A stretch of DNA of 64,000 nt from assembly GCA_017521365.1 (NCBI GenBank), contig JAFXCT010000039.1, forward strand, positions 12,433 to 76,432, written 5' to 3'. Shown piece by piece: positions 31,721 to 41,387 of this stretch. The notes beneath the pieces were generated by a model, which was given only the letters and a program-made list of their open reading frames with translations, did not search any database and was not told the DNA's origin. Position 1 is the first letter of the stretch, and every line of letters starts with the position of its first letter. Source of the DNA: Clostridia bacterium (GTDB lineage: Bacteria > Bacillota > Clostridia > Oscillospirales > Acutalibacteraceae). The position numbers were made by a program, and so were the translations under genes.

Positions 31721-31890
31721 ACTAAGTGTGCCTTGCGGCACGATAAGTGATGCTGACGCATCGTGAAGTTGCTGCGCAGTGAAGTTTGCTATGCAAGTGT
31801 TTTGGCACACTTAACTTCACATTGTGCGAAGCACAAAACTTCACAGCGGCATCGCCGCTACTTCACTTGGCGTAGCCAAACTTCACTTTA
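31721..31890. repeat. mirror array A: 7-nt word (GTGAAGT / ACTTCAC) alternating with unrelated mini-hairpins
   Basis: The left arm carries ctaagt, ataagt and gtgaagt x2. The centre is gtgttttggcacac. The right arm carries acttcac x4, starting at 31814, 31838, 31860 and 31880. Each word is separated by a 9-16 nt hairpin. Confidence 0.8.
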
Positions 31891-31892
31891 TG

Positions 31893-31921
31893 TTGAAAAT
31901 AACAGAGCTTTATGGTATTAT
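31893..31921 (+). promoter_or_regulatory. promoter for the four-helix-bundle gene
   Basis: TTGAAA, 17-nt spacer ending in TGG, then TATTAT (extended -10 like). Confidence 0.55.
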
Positions 31922-31944
31922 ATTAACAAATCGGAGGTGCTGTT

Positions 31945-32298
31945 ATGTCTGAAAGTAAATTAAGAACCCAATCTATGGATTTTGCGGTTTCTGTTATTAA
32001 CCTCGTAAATTCTCTCAAAGAAAAGCGGGAATCCATCATTTCCAATCAAATAGGCAGAAGCGGCACTTCAATTGGGGCCAATATTCGTGAAGCACAGTAT
32101 GCTCACGGCAAGGCGGATTTTATTGCGAAATTGCAGATTGCTCTCAAAGAAGCAAATGAAACCGGATACTGGTTAGAGCTGCTGTTCAAAACGAATTATA
32201 TATCCGAAAATGAATATAAAGCTCTTGATTCTGCATGTACAAGTATTCGAGTTATGCTTATCTCATCACTCAACACTGCTAAAGCTAATCAAAAGTAA
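31945..32298 (+). CDS. four-helix-bundle protein (23S rRNA intervening-sequence protein family)
   Basis: 117 aa with GTSIGANIREAQ and KEANETGYWLELL hallmarks. RBS GGAGGTG. Confidence 0.8.
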   Translation: MSESKLRTQSMDFAVSVINLVNSLKEKRESIISNQIGRSGTSIGANIREAQYAHGKADFIAKLQIALKEANETGYWLELLFKTNYISENEYKALDSACTSIRVMLISSLNTAKANQK

Positions 32299-32334
32299 TT
32301 ATTTATTAAATTTAGTGTCAAGAGGTTCATTGCT

Positions 32335-33303
32335 ATGGCTGAAAAGTATTTAATAGATACTTCTGAAAAAATTAAAATTAATAACAACGATTATTATTTA
32401 AGATTTCGATCTCAGAATACTTCAAATCCCGTTGTTCTGTTTTTGCATGGCGGTTGCGGTGCGGCTGATAGACCATTTATAATGAAATGGAATTCTGAAT
32501 TAGCCGAATATGCTACAATTGTTGCTTGGGACCAGCGAGGTGCAGGTTTATCATATAACAGAAAAATGGCAAAGACCGAAGTTTTAACAAAAGATTTATA
32601 TATCAATGATTTACATAATGTTGTTCAATATCTTAAAAAGAAATTTAAAAAAGAAAAGATAATTCTTGTTGGTCACTCATTCGGCTCACAGCTTGGTGTT
32701 TGGTATATTCAAAAATATCCTGAAGATGTTGAGTGTTATGTTGGTATTGGTCAAGTTGTTGATGCCGTAAGAAACGAAGCAATATCTTTTGAGTTTACTT
32801 TGAATGAAGCAAAAAAGCGTAATGATAAAAGAGCAATAAAGGCTTTACAGAAAATCGGTCCGCCCGTTAACGGCTTTTATAAAGATGATAAAATGCTTTT
32901 ACAGAGAAACTATCTCAACAAAATGGGTGGCATCTTATACGGCAAATACGGGAACAGTGTTATAAACACCTTGCCGAAAATTCCGTGTATGTTTAAAGAG
33001 TATTCTTTTTTCACTATGCTAAAATATGTTAGTGCGAATGAATGGTGTCTGTCACAGCCTTTGGGACACGAAAAAGTAGATTTCCTAAATGAAGTTAAAG
33101 AACTTTCTGTGCCAGTATATCTGTTTATGGGTAAATATGACTATAACACCGTAAGTAAGTTAGCCAGAGAATGGCTTGAAAATCTTGATGCACCTCATAA
33201 AGAATTTTTTGAATTTGAAAAATCAGGTCATACTCCACAATGGGAAGAATCCGAAATGTTTAACAAATTGTTTATCAGTAGAGTTTTGAGGACGGCATTA
33301 TGA
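32335..33303 (+). CDS. alpha/beta hydrolase (proline-iminopeptidase-like)
   Basis: 322 aa with LFLHGGCG and the nucleophile elbow GHSFG; AT-rich gene. Confidence 0.8.
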   Translation: MAEKYLIDTSEKIKINNNDYYLRFRSQNTSNPVVLFLHGGCGAADRPFIMKWNSELAEYATIVAWDQRGAGLSYNRKMAKTEVLTKDLYINDLHNVVQYLKKKFKKEKIILVGHSFGSQLGVWYIQKYPEDVECYVGIGQVVDAVRNEAISFEFTLNEAKKRNDKRAIKALQKIGPPVNGFYKDDKMLLQRNYLNKMGGILYGKYGNSVINTLPKIPCMFKEYSFFTMLKYVSANEWCLSQPLGHEKVDFLNEVKELSVPVYLFMGKYDYNTVSKLAREWLENLDAPHKEFFEFEKSGHTPQWEESEMFNKLFISRVLRTAL

Positions 33304-33746
33304 AAAAATCAAAAATAATTTTACTTCTTTTGTCTTTATCTTTATTGTTTTGCTCCTGCGGTACGGACAAGCTCTCTATTGAAGACTATGAATGGAAAAT
33401 GAGAGCAGTTATGCGTGGCGGCGAGAGTGTTACTTCTGATACGGCTGATTTTATTGTTTGTGTCGGCGAAGCTGACGAAGTATATCCCGAAGCGAAAATA
33501 GTTGACCTTACATTGAAAGCGGAAAACGGCGTAATCACCGTTGAAGATTTTACAAACGGCAAAACGTACACGGGTACATATAAGGTTACTGCAAAAACAC
33601 CGAAGGGCACGGATTACGAGCTCGTCATAAACGGACAGACGGGTTATGCGGCTGTCGCACCTACAACGTATTACAGCGGTACGGAAGTACCGACTCTGCC
33701 GATTAATTTCGGCGAATATTCTTTGTATTTTATCCCGATGGGTTAA
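33300..33746 (+). CDS. putative lipoprotein, function unknown
   Basis: 148 aa with signal peptide and Cys (LLFCSCG). ATGA overlap with the upstream gene. Confidence 0.55.
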   Translation: MKKSKIILLLLSLSLLFCSCGTDKLSIEDYEWKMRAVMRGGESVTSDTADFIVCVGEADEVYPEAKIVDLTLKAENGVITVEDFTNGKTYTGTYKVTAKTPKGTDYELVINGQTGYAAVAPTTYYSGTEVPTLPINFGEYSLYFIPMG

Positions 33747-33773
33747 TAAAAAATTTTTGAGGTTGTGAACATT

Positions 33774-34976
33774 ATGAAAAAGTCTTTTAAATCAATCTGT
33801 TGCTTGTTTTTGAGTATTATGCTTGTGCTTTCCTTTGCTTTCGGCTCCTTTGCTTACACAAACACGGCCGAGGCACAGCGCTTTAACGAGGACGGCGCGT
33901 TCAGAATTATGCACGTTACCGACACGCACCTGGAATACTACAATCTTGAAGCCAGCGCTTATCTTATTGCCGCCGCCTGCGACAGAGAAAAGCCCGATAT
34001 GATTGCTCTCACGGGTGATATCGCAATGTCCGACGACAAGGAGGAGATGGACACCTGCATTGACCGCCTTATGACTGTTTTTGAGGATAGGAAGATTCCC
34101 GTTGCGGTCTGCTTCGGCAACCACGATATTGAAACAAAGAGCTATACAAATCCGAGCGACCTTATGGCTCTTTACAATTCCTACGATTGTTCAATTTCCG
34201 TTGACGAGGGCGATGTCCTCACCGGCTGCGGTACATATAATATACCGATTCTGGCATCGGACAGCGACGAAATGAAGTTCAACGTCTGGGTGTTTGATTC
34301 CGGCTCAACGGATGGCGAGGGTCACTACAGCAACGTTCCTGCCGACCAGGTAGAGTGGTACAAAACCGTATCCGCTGAAATTGAGCAGGAAAACGGCAAG
34401 ATAAATTCCCTTGCTTTCCAGCACATAATCGTTCCCGAAATATACGACGCTCTTAAAAAATACGACACTCCTCGTGCCTATGCCTTTGAGCATATTTACA
34501 ATAAGGGTGAGTATTATGCGTTTAATCCCGAGCTTGAAAACCACGGCGTGCTCAACGAGTATCCCTGTCCCGGCTATTATAACCACGGTCAGTTTGCCGC
34601 AATGGTTGAAAGGGGAGACGTTCTCGGCATTTTCACGGGTCACGACCACTCTAACGCCTTCAGCGTTAAATATAAGGGCATAAACATCACCAATTCACTC
34701 AGCACCCGTTTTAACGGCGATGCCTATTCCTCGCAGTACGGCTACAGAATTATTGACATAAACGAAGCCGATACCTCAGCCTACACAACGAAAGCCGTTC
34801 ATTGGTACGATTTTTATACACTCGGCGATGTTTTTGAACTGAGTAAAAGCGGCGATGAGTACGGCGCCGAGCTTGCTATGAACGTTCTTTTTCAGGGCTT
34901 CTTCCGTAAGTTTGCCGATGAATTCGCAACAACAATTGTCTATATGTTCACAGGCAGACAATGTGCCTATAATTAA
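33774..34976 (+). CDS. exported metallophosphoesterase
   Basis: ATG at 33774 is well spaced from GAGG (GTG at 33765 is too close). Signal peptide, then VTDTH, TGD, GNHD, GHDH. Paralogue of 20686..21681 (ASDSDEMKFNVWVFDS versus ASDSDKIKFAVWGFDS). Confidence 0.8.
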   Translation: MKKSFKSICCLFLSIMLVLSFAFGSFAYTNTAEAQRFNEDGAFRIMHVTDTHLEYYNLEASAYLIAAACDREKPDMIALTGDIAMSDDKEEMDTCIDRLMTVFEDRKIPVAVCFGNHDIETKSYTNPSDLMALYNSYDCSISVDEGDVLTGCGTYNIPILASDSDEMKFNVWVFDSGSTDGEGHYSNVPADQVEWYKTVSAEIEQENGKINSLAFQHIIVPEIYDALKKYDTPRAYAFEHIYNKGEYYAFNPELENHGVLNEYPCPGYYNHGQFAAMVERGDVLGIFTGHDHSNAFSVKYKGINITNSLSTRFNGDAYSSQYGYRIIDINEADTSAYTTKAVHWYDFYTLGDVFELSKSGDEYGAELAMNVLFQGFFRKFADEFATTIVYMFTGRQCAYN

Positions 34977-34982
34977 ACCAAA

Positions 34983-35012
34983 AGCCACGGCAATTGCCGT
35001 GGCTCAACTTTT
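34983..35012. terminator. bidirectional terminator between convergent genes
   Basis: Perfect palindrome agccacggcaattgccgtggct followed by a T-run. Confidence 0.7.
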
Positions 35013-36257
35013 TTATTTATAGCTCTTGTCCTTTTCGATGAACTCGCCGTAAAGCTCTTTAACTGCGTAATATGACGGCTTCGGGTTGCCGTCTACGTCA
35101 ACAAGGCCCCATCTCGTTTCCGTGGGACAGTCGTTCTGTCCGCAGTAGGCGCATTTGTTGTAATCCGTGTAGTTGAAAACGATTGCACCGCAGATGAAAT
35201 CGAGCTTGTAGAAAAGCTTGAGCACCTTACGGAAAAATTTTGCCTGGCCCTCGGGTGTGTGGGGACAGCCCGGTATAACCGTAACCGCAGGCAGCTCCTT
35301 GTACAGGTGGTTTGTCATATCGCCGTGGAACATAAAGTCTGTGTAAAGCTCGGGCTTGTTTTCGCAGACGTATTTCACGTGTTCTCTGAAATGCTCGGGC
35401 AGGCTGTCAACAAAGCGGACAATGTCTTTTTTAGCTTCCTTTTCGCTCTCAAAGCCGTAGCCTTGTAAAATAGCCTTCTTTTCAGCCTTTGTCTTGGGCT
35501 TGCCTTCGCTCATATAACCGAATTCCTGCATAAGTATCGGCTTGCCCGTAAAAGCCCACAGAAATCTTGCCATTGTTTCAAAAAGGAAAAAGAAGCCGGG
35601 CAGCGAGAAGAAGCAGCCAAGGTACATATCAAGCCCGACGTAGTCGCAGTATTTGTGGTAGGGCTTTAAGCCGTAGTGCAGGTCAACCTGAGGGCCTGCG
35701 GAGTTGTAGCCGATGATGATATCCTTCCTCAGCGGGTACATTGCTTCAAGCTGAATACCGATGAATTTTATTGCTTCGTCCATCGTGTACGGCACGGTAA
35801 ACCTCGGCATACCCATTTCGTTTGAAATCTGCAGGCCGTCAATATAGCCCTGTATTTCTTCAATCATATATCGGCTGGCGGCACGGAGCTTTTCTTCGCC
35901 CTCTTTTGTGCGGATGTCAATTCCGATATCGATATAATGCACGGGCAGGGGAGTAATAGCCATTACCTTGAGTCCGCTTGCGTGAAAGCGTCTGCACTTT
36001 TCCTTACACTGTTCAAACCGCGGGTTTATTGAGCCGTCTGCGTTGAAGGGAGCAGGTACGTCCGTGCGTACCCATTCAATATTGGCACCCTTAATCTGTT
36101 TGTGGTCGTCGCTTACGTGGCACGCACCTCGGATAAAGCCGTGCTTTTTGCGTATTGCCTTTTCTTCCGAAAGGTCCTTGATGAAATATGATTTTACAAT
36201 GTTCGTCGGGATATATTTAATGCTGTTGATAATCTGGTCTTTCAGAAACTGATCCAT
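35013..36257 (-). CDS. clan GH-A-like TIM-barrel glycosidase-like protein with a C-terminal CxxCGQNxCP motif
   Basis: ATG at 36257 follows AGGGAGAA. It contains ISNEMG (candidate acid/base NE), MQEFGY (candidate nucleophile) and CAYCGQNDCPTETRWGLVDVDGNPKPSYYAV. Paralogous to 50493..51731. Confidence 0.55.
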   Translation of the reverse strand: MDQFLKDQIINSIKYIPTNIVKSYFIKDLSEEKAIRKKHGFIRGACHVSDDHKQIKGANIEWVRTDVPAPFNADGSINPRFEQCKEKCRRFHASGLKVMAITPLPVHYIDIGIDIRTKEGEEKLRAASRYMIEEIQGYIDGLQISNEMGMPRFTVPYTMDEAIKFIGIQLEAMYPLRKDIIIGYNSAGPQVDLHYGLKPYHKYCDYVGLDMYLGCFFSLPGFFFLFETMARFLWAFTGKPILMQEFGYMSEGKPKTKAEKKAILQGYGFESEKEAKKDIVRFVDSLPEHFREHVKYVCENKPELYTDFMFHGDMTNHLYKELPAVTVIPGCPHTPEGQAKFFRKVLKLFYKLDFICGAIVFNYTDYNKCAYCGQNDCPTETRWGLVDVDGNPKPSYYAVKELYGEFIEKDKSYK

Positions 36258-36296
36258 AACATTTTCTCCCTTTTTGTTCTGTAAAATCAATATACA

Positions 36297-38606
36297 TTAT
36301 TTTTTTCGGTTTGTCACTAACTTTTTCAAATTTCTAATTATCATTACGGCTAACGAACTCAAGCTTATAATTATTCCCGCAGTCAACCCCGGTGTATGAA
36401 ATTCGAGGCAGACTTTAGATTCACCCTCGGGTACGATAATGCCTGTCATACCGCCGTTGACCGTCAGAATTTCGGCTTCTTCGCCGTTTATGTAAGCACG
36501 CCAGCCGTTATCGTTCGGTACGCTGAAATAAACAAGCCTTTCCTTTGCTCCGCTTGTCGTGCAGGTCAGACCCTTTGATGTCAGCGAAATATCCGTTGCG
36601 GCTGTCGCTCTGTTTTGCTTGCAGGCGGATTTCCAATCAATATTTTCCGTGCTTTCAAGCGGCGTGACAATACCTTTCAGCTTATCTGCGGTTTCTGTGT
36701 CAACAATGCAGGCTGTTGTCATAAGCTCAATACGTCTGTTGTTTTCACCTTTGTCGGTTGTGTATTCAAACCCATCGTCAATAACGTAATAGTCATAAGT
36801 CCAGCCAAACGGCGTGTAGTATTCCGCGGGAGTGCTCACGCCGCTTTTGTTTACTGTTGTTTCTATGCTTAAAACCGTTTGGATGGCAGGGGAGTCAAAA
36901 TATTTTTTTGAAGAAGCGTGAAGCGTATCCTCGTAACCTATAAGCTTGCAGAACTGAGCCGTTGCCTTTGACTTGAATGAATGAAAAACCGTAGTGCCGG
37001 GTGTGTTTGCAACCATAGGGTAATTGACAAGCGAATAACTGTAATCGGTTCTGCTTGTGTAATTTATTTCGTCGGTTACGGCAGGAGCCATACCGTTGTA
37101 GCTGTCCTCGTAGCTAGTGTCGGCAAGGTTTGCTTCGTTGGCAAAATACACACCGAAATTAAGCGTACAGATAAGAATGACCGCAGGAATAACTCTCTTT
37201 GCCCTGTAAAGCCATCCGTTTTTTATACTCATAAACAGCGGTACAAAGCTGATTGTGCATAGGAATACGAGCACGAGCATATACCTGAAATCTTCCGTGT
37301 TGAATTTTTCGGTTATGCCTATATCCTTCAGATAATCGAGAATATGCGCAGGAAGTATTTTCGCAGTAAAGTCTTTTAAAAAATAAGCCATAACCGCCTT
37401 TGCAAGTAACGGACAGCCGATAACCGCAACACCGATTTTTGCTGTTGTTTTTGTGCTTTTGCGGTATTCTTCTGTTCCTTTCTGCTTTTCTTTTTCGTAT
37501 TCTTCAATTATTTTTATGCTTACAAGCACTTGAACCAACACGAACGCATACCACCAGCGTGTGTAGCTGACGTTGGTGAAAAGGCTGAAAACACCGTTGC
37601 CGAAAGGAAAGAGAGTTAGCGCAAACAGGAATTTTATCAGCCTGTAATACCACTCCCTGCTCTTTTTCCGCAGTGCCGTGAATGTGAACACCGCACCGAA
37701 AAACGGCAGAAAAGCGTTGTTTGAATTGAATACGGAATAACGGAACCCCATAGCGCTGCCCATAATTCCTTCGCTTGGCAATATTATTCCCCTGAGCGTT
37801 TTGAAAAGCTGAGGAATTGAGGACAGCCCTCTCACAAGAGTGTCTGCAAAGCTGCCCGAAACCTTGTATGTTTCAAGCAGGCTGAACGCAGAAGGCAGTA
37901 ATACGAACATTGCCGAAAATGCCCCCAACGCATAAAAAGAGATGCATCGCAAAGCAGCCTTGAAACAGTATTTGCCGCTGCGTACCCGAAAAAACAGGTA
38001 TATCAGAAAGAAAACGGACGAAATAAAAAAGAAGTAATAATTAACACAGGCATTGAGCATTACCGCCAAGGAAAGCAGAGACTTTTTTCTGCCTTCAAGA
38101 ACTTCATCCGTGCAGTAAAGCAAAAGCGGAAACACGGCAATAACGTCAATGAAATGATAGAAAAAGGTTGAGTCAAGCGTAAACGATGAAAACGCATAAA
38201 TCAGTGAGCCTATGAAGATAAAGTGCGGTGTATGTACGTGCTTCTTCAGATAAATTGAAGCCGTTGTTGCCGCAACGCAGAGCTTTACTGCAAGCATTAT
38301 TCCCGTGCCCGAGGCGATGAGCTTTTCCGGTATGAGAAATAACGGCCAGAAAAACGGGCTTGCCCAATTGTAAAAAGAATACGTTCCGAGAAAGTTAGCG
38401 CCGAGAAAGGTGTTGTGGCTCCAGAACGGCGTTCCCGAAAGCAGCATACGCCTGCATTCCCGTATAAACGGTATCTGCTGTGTCATATAGTCGCCGACAA
38501 GATAAAAATTGCCGCCGTTTGTAATGAGTACGGGCAGTATAGCTGTTAATGCTATTGCAAATGCACTGAAACATATTTTTTCTGTTAAACATCTTTCTTT
38601 TTTCAT
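36297..38606 (-). CDS. YfhO family membrane protein
   Basis: 769 aa and polytopic. The block DYMTQQIPFIRECRRMLLSGTPFWSHNTFLGANFLGTYSFY is paralogous to 8208..10607. Confidence 0.8.
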   Translation of the reverse strand: MKKERCLTEKICFSAFAIALTAILPVLITNGGNFYLVGDYMTQQIPFIRECRRMLLSGTPFWSHNTFLGANFLGTYSFYNWASPFFWPLFLIPEKLIASGTGIMLAVKLCVAATTASIYLKKHVHTPHFIFIGSLIYAFSSFTLDSTFFYHFIDVIAVFPLLLYCTDEVLEGRKKSLLSLAVMLNACVNYYFFFISSVFFLIYLFFRVRSGKYCFKAALRCISFYALGAFSAMFVLLPSAFSLLETYKVSGSFADTLVRGLSSIPQLFKTLRGIILPSEGIMGSAMGFRYSVFNSNNAFLPFFGAVFTFTALRKKSREWYYRLIKFLFALTLFPFGNGVFSLFTNVSYTRWWYAFVLVQVLVSIKIIEEYEKEKQKGTEEYRKSTKTTAKIGVAVIGCPLLAKAVMAYFLKDFTAKILPAHILDYLKDIGITEKFNTEDFRYMLVLVFLCTISFVPLFMSIKNGWLYRAKRVIPAVILICTLNFGVYFANEANLADTSYEDSYNGMAPAVTDEINYTSRTDYSYSLVNYPMVANTPGTTVFHSFKSKATAQFCKLIGYEDTLHASSKKYFDSPAIQTVLSIETTVNKSGVSTPAEYYTPFGWTYDYYVIDDGFEYTTDKGENNRRIELMTTACIVDTETADKLKGIVTPLESTENIDWKSACKQNRATAATDISLTSKGLTCTTSGAKERLVYFSVPNDNGWRAYINGEEAEILTVNGGMTGIIVPEGESKVCLEFHTPGLTAGIIISLSSLAVMIIRNLKKLVTNRKK

Positions 38607-38927
38607 TTCTGTGTCTGAGCCCTTTCAAAAATAGGTTTTGCGGTATTATATATCAAAATCACTGAAATTTTTTATCATCGGTACAGAAAGCGGTTTTAGG
38701 GGTACAGAAAGTGTGGTGATTAAATATCCTTTATGATTTCTATATTTGAATTTTATATTTTACATCTTAAATTCATTCAAAAATAAGGTTAATTCTGAAT
38801 TAAGAATTGTTAAGAGAAAGTAACAACTTACTAAAATTTTATTAAATTTATTGGCTGAATTGTATGTAGATTTATCGCAAACGGTTGTGATATAATCAAC
38901 ACATAAATTAAAAATCGGAGGCAGAAT

Positions 38928-41255
38928 ATGAAACTTTCAACATCCTTTATTTATGCTTCACCCGAATACACAACCTTTGAAAAATTCGTTCCCTCGCCGT
39001 ATTTCCGCAAGAACATTGTTCTTGACAGCGTGCCCGAAAAGTGCGACATCACAATTTCCGCACTCGGCTTTTACCGCCTTTGGATTAACGGCACGGAAAT
39101 CACCAAGGGTCTGCTTGCGCCTTATATTTCCAACACCGACCACATTGTTTATTACGACCACTACAGTATTGAAAAATATCTTCAGCAGGGCAATAACTGT
39201 ATCGGTGTTCAGCTTGGCAACGGTATGCAGAACTGTCCCGGCGGCTTTATTTGGGATTTTGAGCTTGCACGCTTCAGAAGCGCACCCAAGCTCAGCTTCT
39301 GTGTTGAGTACGGCGAAACTTCAATTGAGGCGGATGAAACGGTAAAAACCGCACCTTCGCCGATATATTTTGACGATATCCGCTGCGGCTGCAGATATGA
39401 TGCACGAAACGAAATCAACGGCTGGAATCTGCCCGATTTTGACGACAGCACGTGGGCAAACGCTATTATCTGCTCAAAGCCCGCAGGTGAGCTGAGAATC
39501 TGCGAGGCTGACCCAATTCTGCCCACGGGCGAGGAGCTTACCGCTGTTGATATTACCAAGCGTGAAGCTGTTCCGTTTGACCCCGACCACCGTAAAATCA
39601 AGCTGATGAAGCCTCAGGAAAAGAACGAGGCTGCCGAATACTGGGTTTATGATTTCGGCATTAATAAAACGGGCCATTGCCGCCTTAAAATCAACGGCAG
39701 ACCCGGTCAGCGCATCGAGCTTCAGTACGCCGAGTGCTTAAGCAAGGACGGCAAGCTTGACTACACGAACATTCACTTTTACCCCGACGGATATTCACAG
39801 AGAGACATCTATATCTGCAAGGGCGGCGAGGAGATTTTTGAGCCGTCCTTCACTTACCACGGCTTCCAGTATTGCGGTGTAACGGGCATTGACGACGACC
39901 AGGCAACACCCGAACTGCTGACCTACGTCGTAACAAATTCCGATTTGAAGCGCAGAGGCGGCTTTGAGTGCTCGGATAAGGATGCAAACAGGCTTTGTGA
40001 AATTACCTCAGTTTCCGACCTTTCCAACTTCTTCTATTTCCCCACAGACTGTCCCCACAGAGAGAAAAACGGCTGGACGGGCGATGCCGCAGTTTCTGCC
40101 GAGCATATGCTGATGACTCTTACCCCTGAAAAGAGCTTTACGGAGTGGCTTCGCAACATTCGCAAGGCAATGAAGGAGGACGGTCAGATTCCCGGTATTA
40201 TTCCCACGGGTGACTGGGGCTACGAGTGGGGCAACGGCCCCGCCTGGGACAGAGTGCTTACATACCTGCCTTATTACACCTATCTTTACACGGGCGACAG
40301 AAACATTCTTGAAGAGAACGCAACGGCTATATTCCGTTACCTCAACTATATCTCGCTTAACCGTACCGAAAGGGGAACGGTGGATTTCGGTTTGGGCGAC
40401 TGGTGTCCCGTCGGCAGAGTTGTCAAGCCTACCGTTGAGTTTACGAGCTCCGTGTGCTGTATGAGCATTGCGGAAAAAGCGGCGTTTATTTTCGGGGAGC
40501 TCGGTATGACTTTGCAGAAGACCTTTGCCCAAACGCTTCACGACGAAATAAGGGATGCTGTAAGAAAGCACCTCGTTGACCTTGAAACGCTTACCGCAGA
40601 TACGGGCTGTCAGACCGCTCAGGCAATGGCGATATTCCACAACGTGTTCAGGGACAGCGAAAAGCCCAAGGCTTTCAGAGTGCTTAAGGATATAATCTGT
40701 AACGACTGCTACGGCCACATCGATTTCGGTCTTCTCGGCTCAAGGGTGCTGTTCCACGTGCTTTCTGAGTTCGGCGAATCCGAGCTTGCGTATAATATGA
40801 TTTGCCGCCGTGACTGGCCGAGCTACGGCTTCTTCCTCACGCTCGGTATGAATTCTCTGCCCGAGGATTTCCTTGATGCAATATACAGCCGTAAGGATTC
40901 GCTCAACCATCACTTTATGGGTGATATTCTCAACTGGTTTATTTCGAGCGTTGCTGGTCTTAAATATAATCCGTACCGAGATGACCATAAAAAAGTCCTT
41001 ATAAAGCCCTCGTTTATTGAAAAGCTTTCTTTTGCAAGGGCGTATTTTGACTCACCCTACGGCAGAATAGAAACCGAGTGGAAACGTGAAAAGGCTGACA
41101 TTATCGTCAGCGTCAATATTCCCGATAACGTGCTTAACTGTGTTGTTGAAGCTCCGGAAGGCTGGTGCTTTGAGGACTCAGCCACTCATAAAACGGTTAC
41201 ACATTCACGTGCGTTAAAGCTCATCAAAAACGTTTCGGAAATTCCCACACCGTAA
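38928..41255 (+). CDS. alpha-L-rhamnosidase, glycoside hydrolase family 78
   Basis: 775 aa with the DCPHREKNGWTGDAAV motif typical of GH78. Confidence 0.85.
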   Translation: MKLSTSFIYASPEYTTFEKFVPSPYFRKNIVLDSVPEKCDITISALGFYRLWINGTEITKGLLAPYISNTDHIVYYDHYSIEKYLQQGNNCIGVQLGNGMQNCPGGFIWDFELARFRSAPKLSFCVEYGETSIEADETVKTAPSPIYFDDIRCGCRYDARNEINGWNLPDFDDSTWANAIICSKPAGELRICEADPILPTGEELTAVDITKREAVPFDPDHRKIKLMKPQEKNEAAEYWVYDFGINKTGHCRLKINGRPGQRIELQYAECLSKDGKLDYTNIHFYPDGYSQRDIYICKGGEEIFEPSFTYHGFQYCGVTGIDDDQATPELLTYVVTNSDLKRRGGFECSDKDANRLCEITSVSDLSNFFYFPTDCPHREKNGWTGDAAVSAEHMLMTLTPEKSFTEWLRNIRKAMKEDGQIPGIIPTGDWGYEWGNGPAWDRVLTYLPYYTYLYTGDRNILEENATAIFRYLNYISLNRTERGTVDFGLGDWCPVGRVVKPTVEFTSSVCCMSIAEKAAFIFGELGMTLQKTFAQTLHDEIRDAVRKHLVDLETLTADTGCQTAQAMAIFHNVFRDSEKPKAFRVLKDIICNDCYGHIDFGLLGSRVLFHVLSEFGESELAYNMICRRDWPSYGFFLTLGMNSLPEDFLDAIYSRKDSLNHHFMGDILNWFISSVAGLKYNPYRDDHKKVLIKPSFIEKLSFARAYFDSPYGRIETEWKREKADIIVSVNIPDNVLNCVVEAPEGWCFEDSATHKTVTHSRALKLIKNVSEIPTP

Positions 41256-41387
41256 AATTTATGTTCCGCTCTGCTTTTTAATTTCCTTTTGTGAAACATT
41301 TAAATAATTATTCACAAGGTATTGTGTTTTTTAAACACTTATGATACAATTACTGCGTAAAACTATATTTTAATATGGCGGTGAGTT

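Noticed and set aside
31721-31890. Considered whether arrays A and B (31721-31890 and 54843-55046) are CRISPR arrays.
   Set aside because: The repeat words are only 7-11 nt and the 'spacers' are 9-16 nt palindromes. The two halves are in inverted orientation, and no cas genes are present.
31763-31963. 66-aa ORF (MKLLRSEVCYASVL...) across array A, plus ORFs 54680..54979 (+) and 54794..55042 (-) across array B.
   Set aside because: Their reading frames are produced by the repeat words and hairpins. They have no RBS and overlap tRNA-flanking repeats.
31945-32298. Considered a diversity-generating retroelement, because of the Avd-like four-helix-bundle family.
   Set aside because: There is no reverse transcriptase, no template/variable repeat pair and no C-type-lectin target gene nearby.
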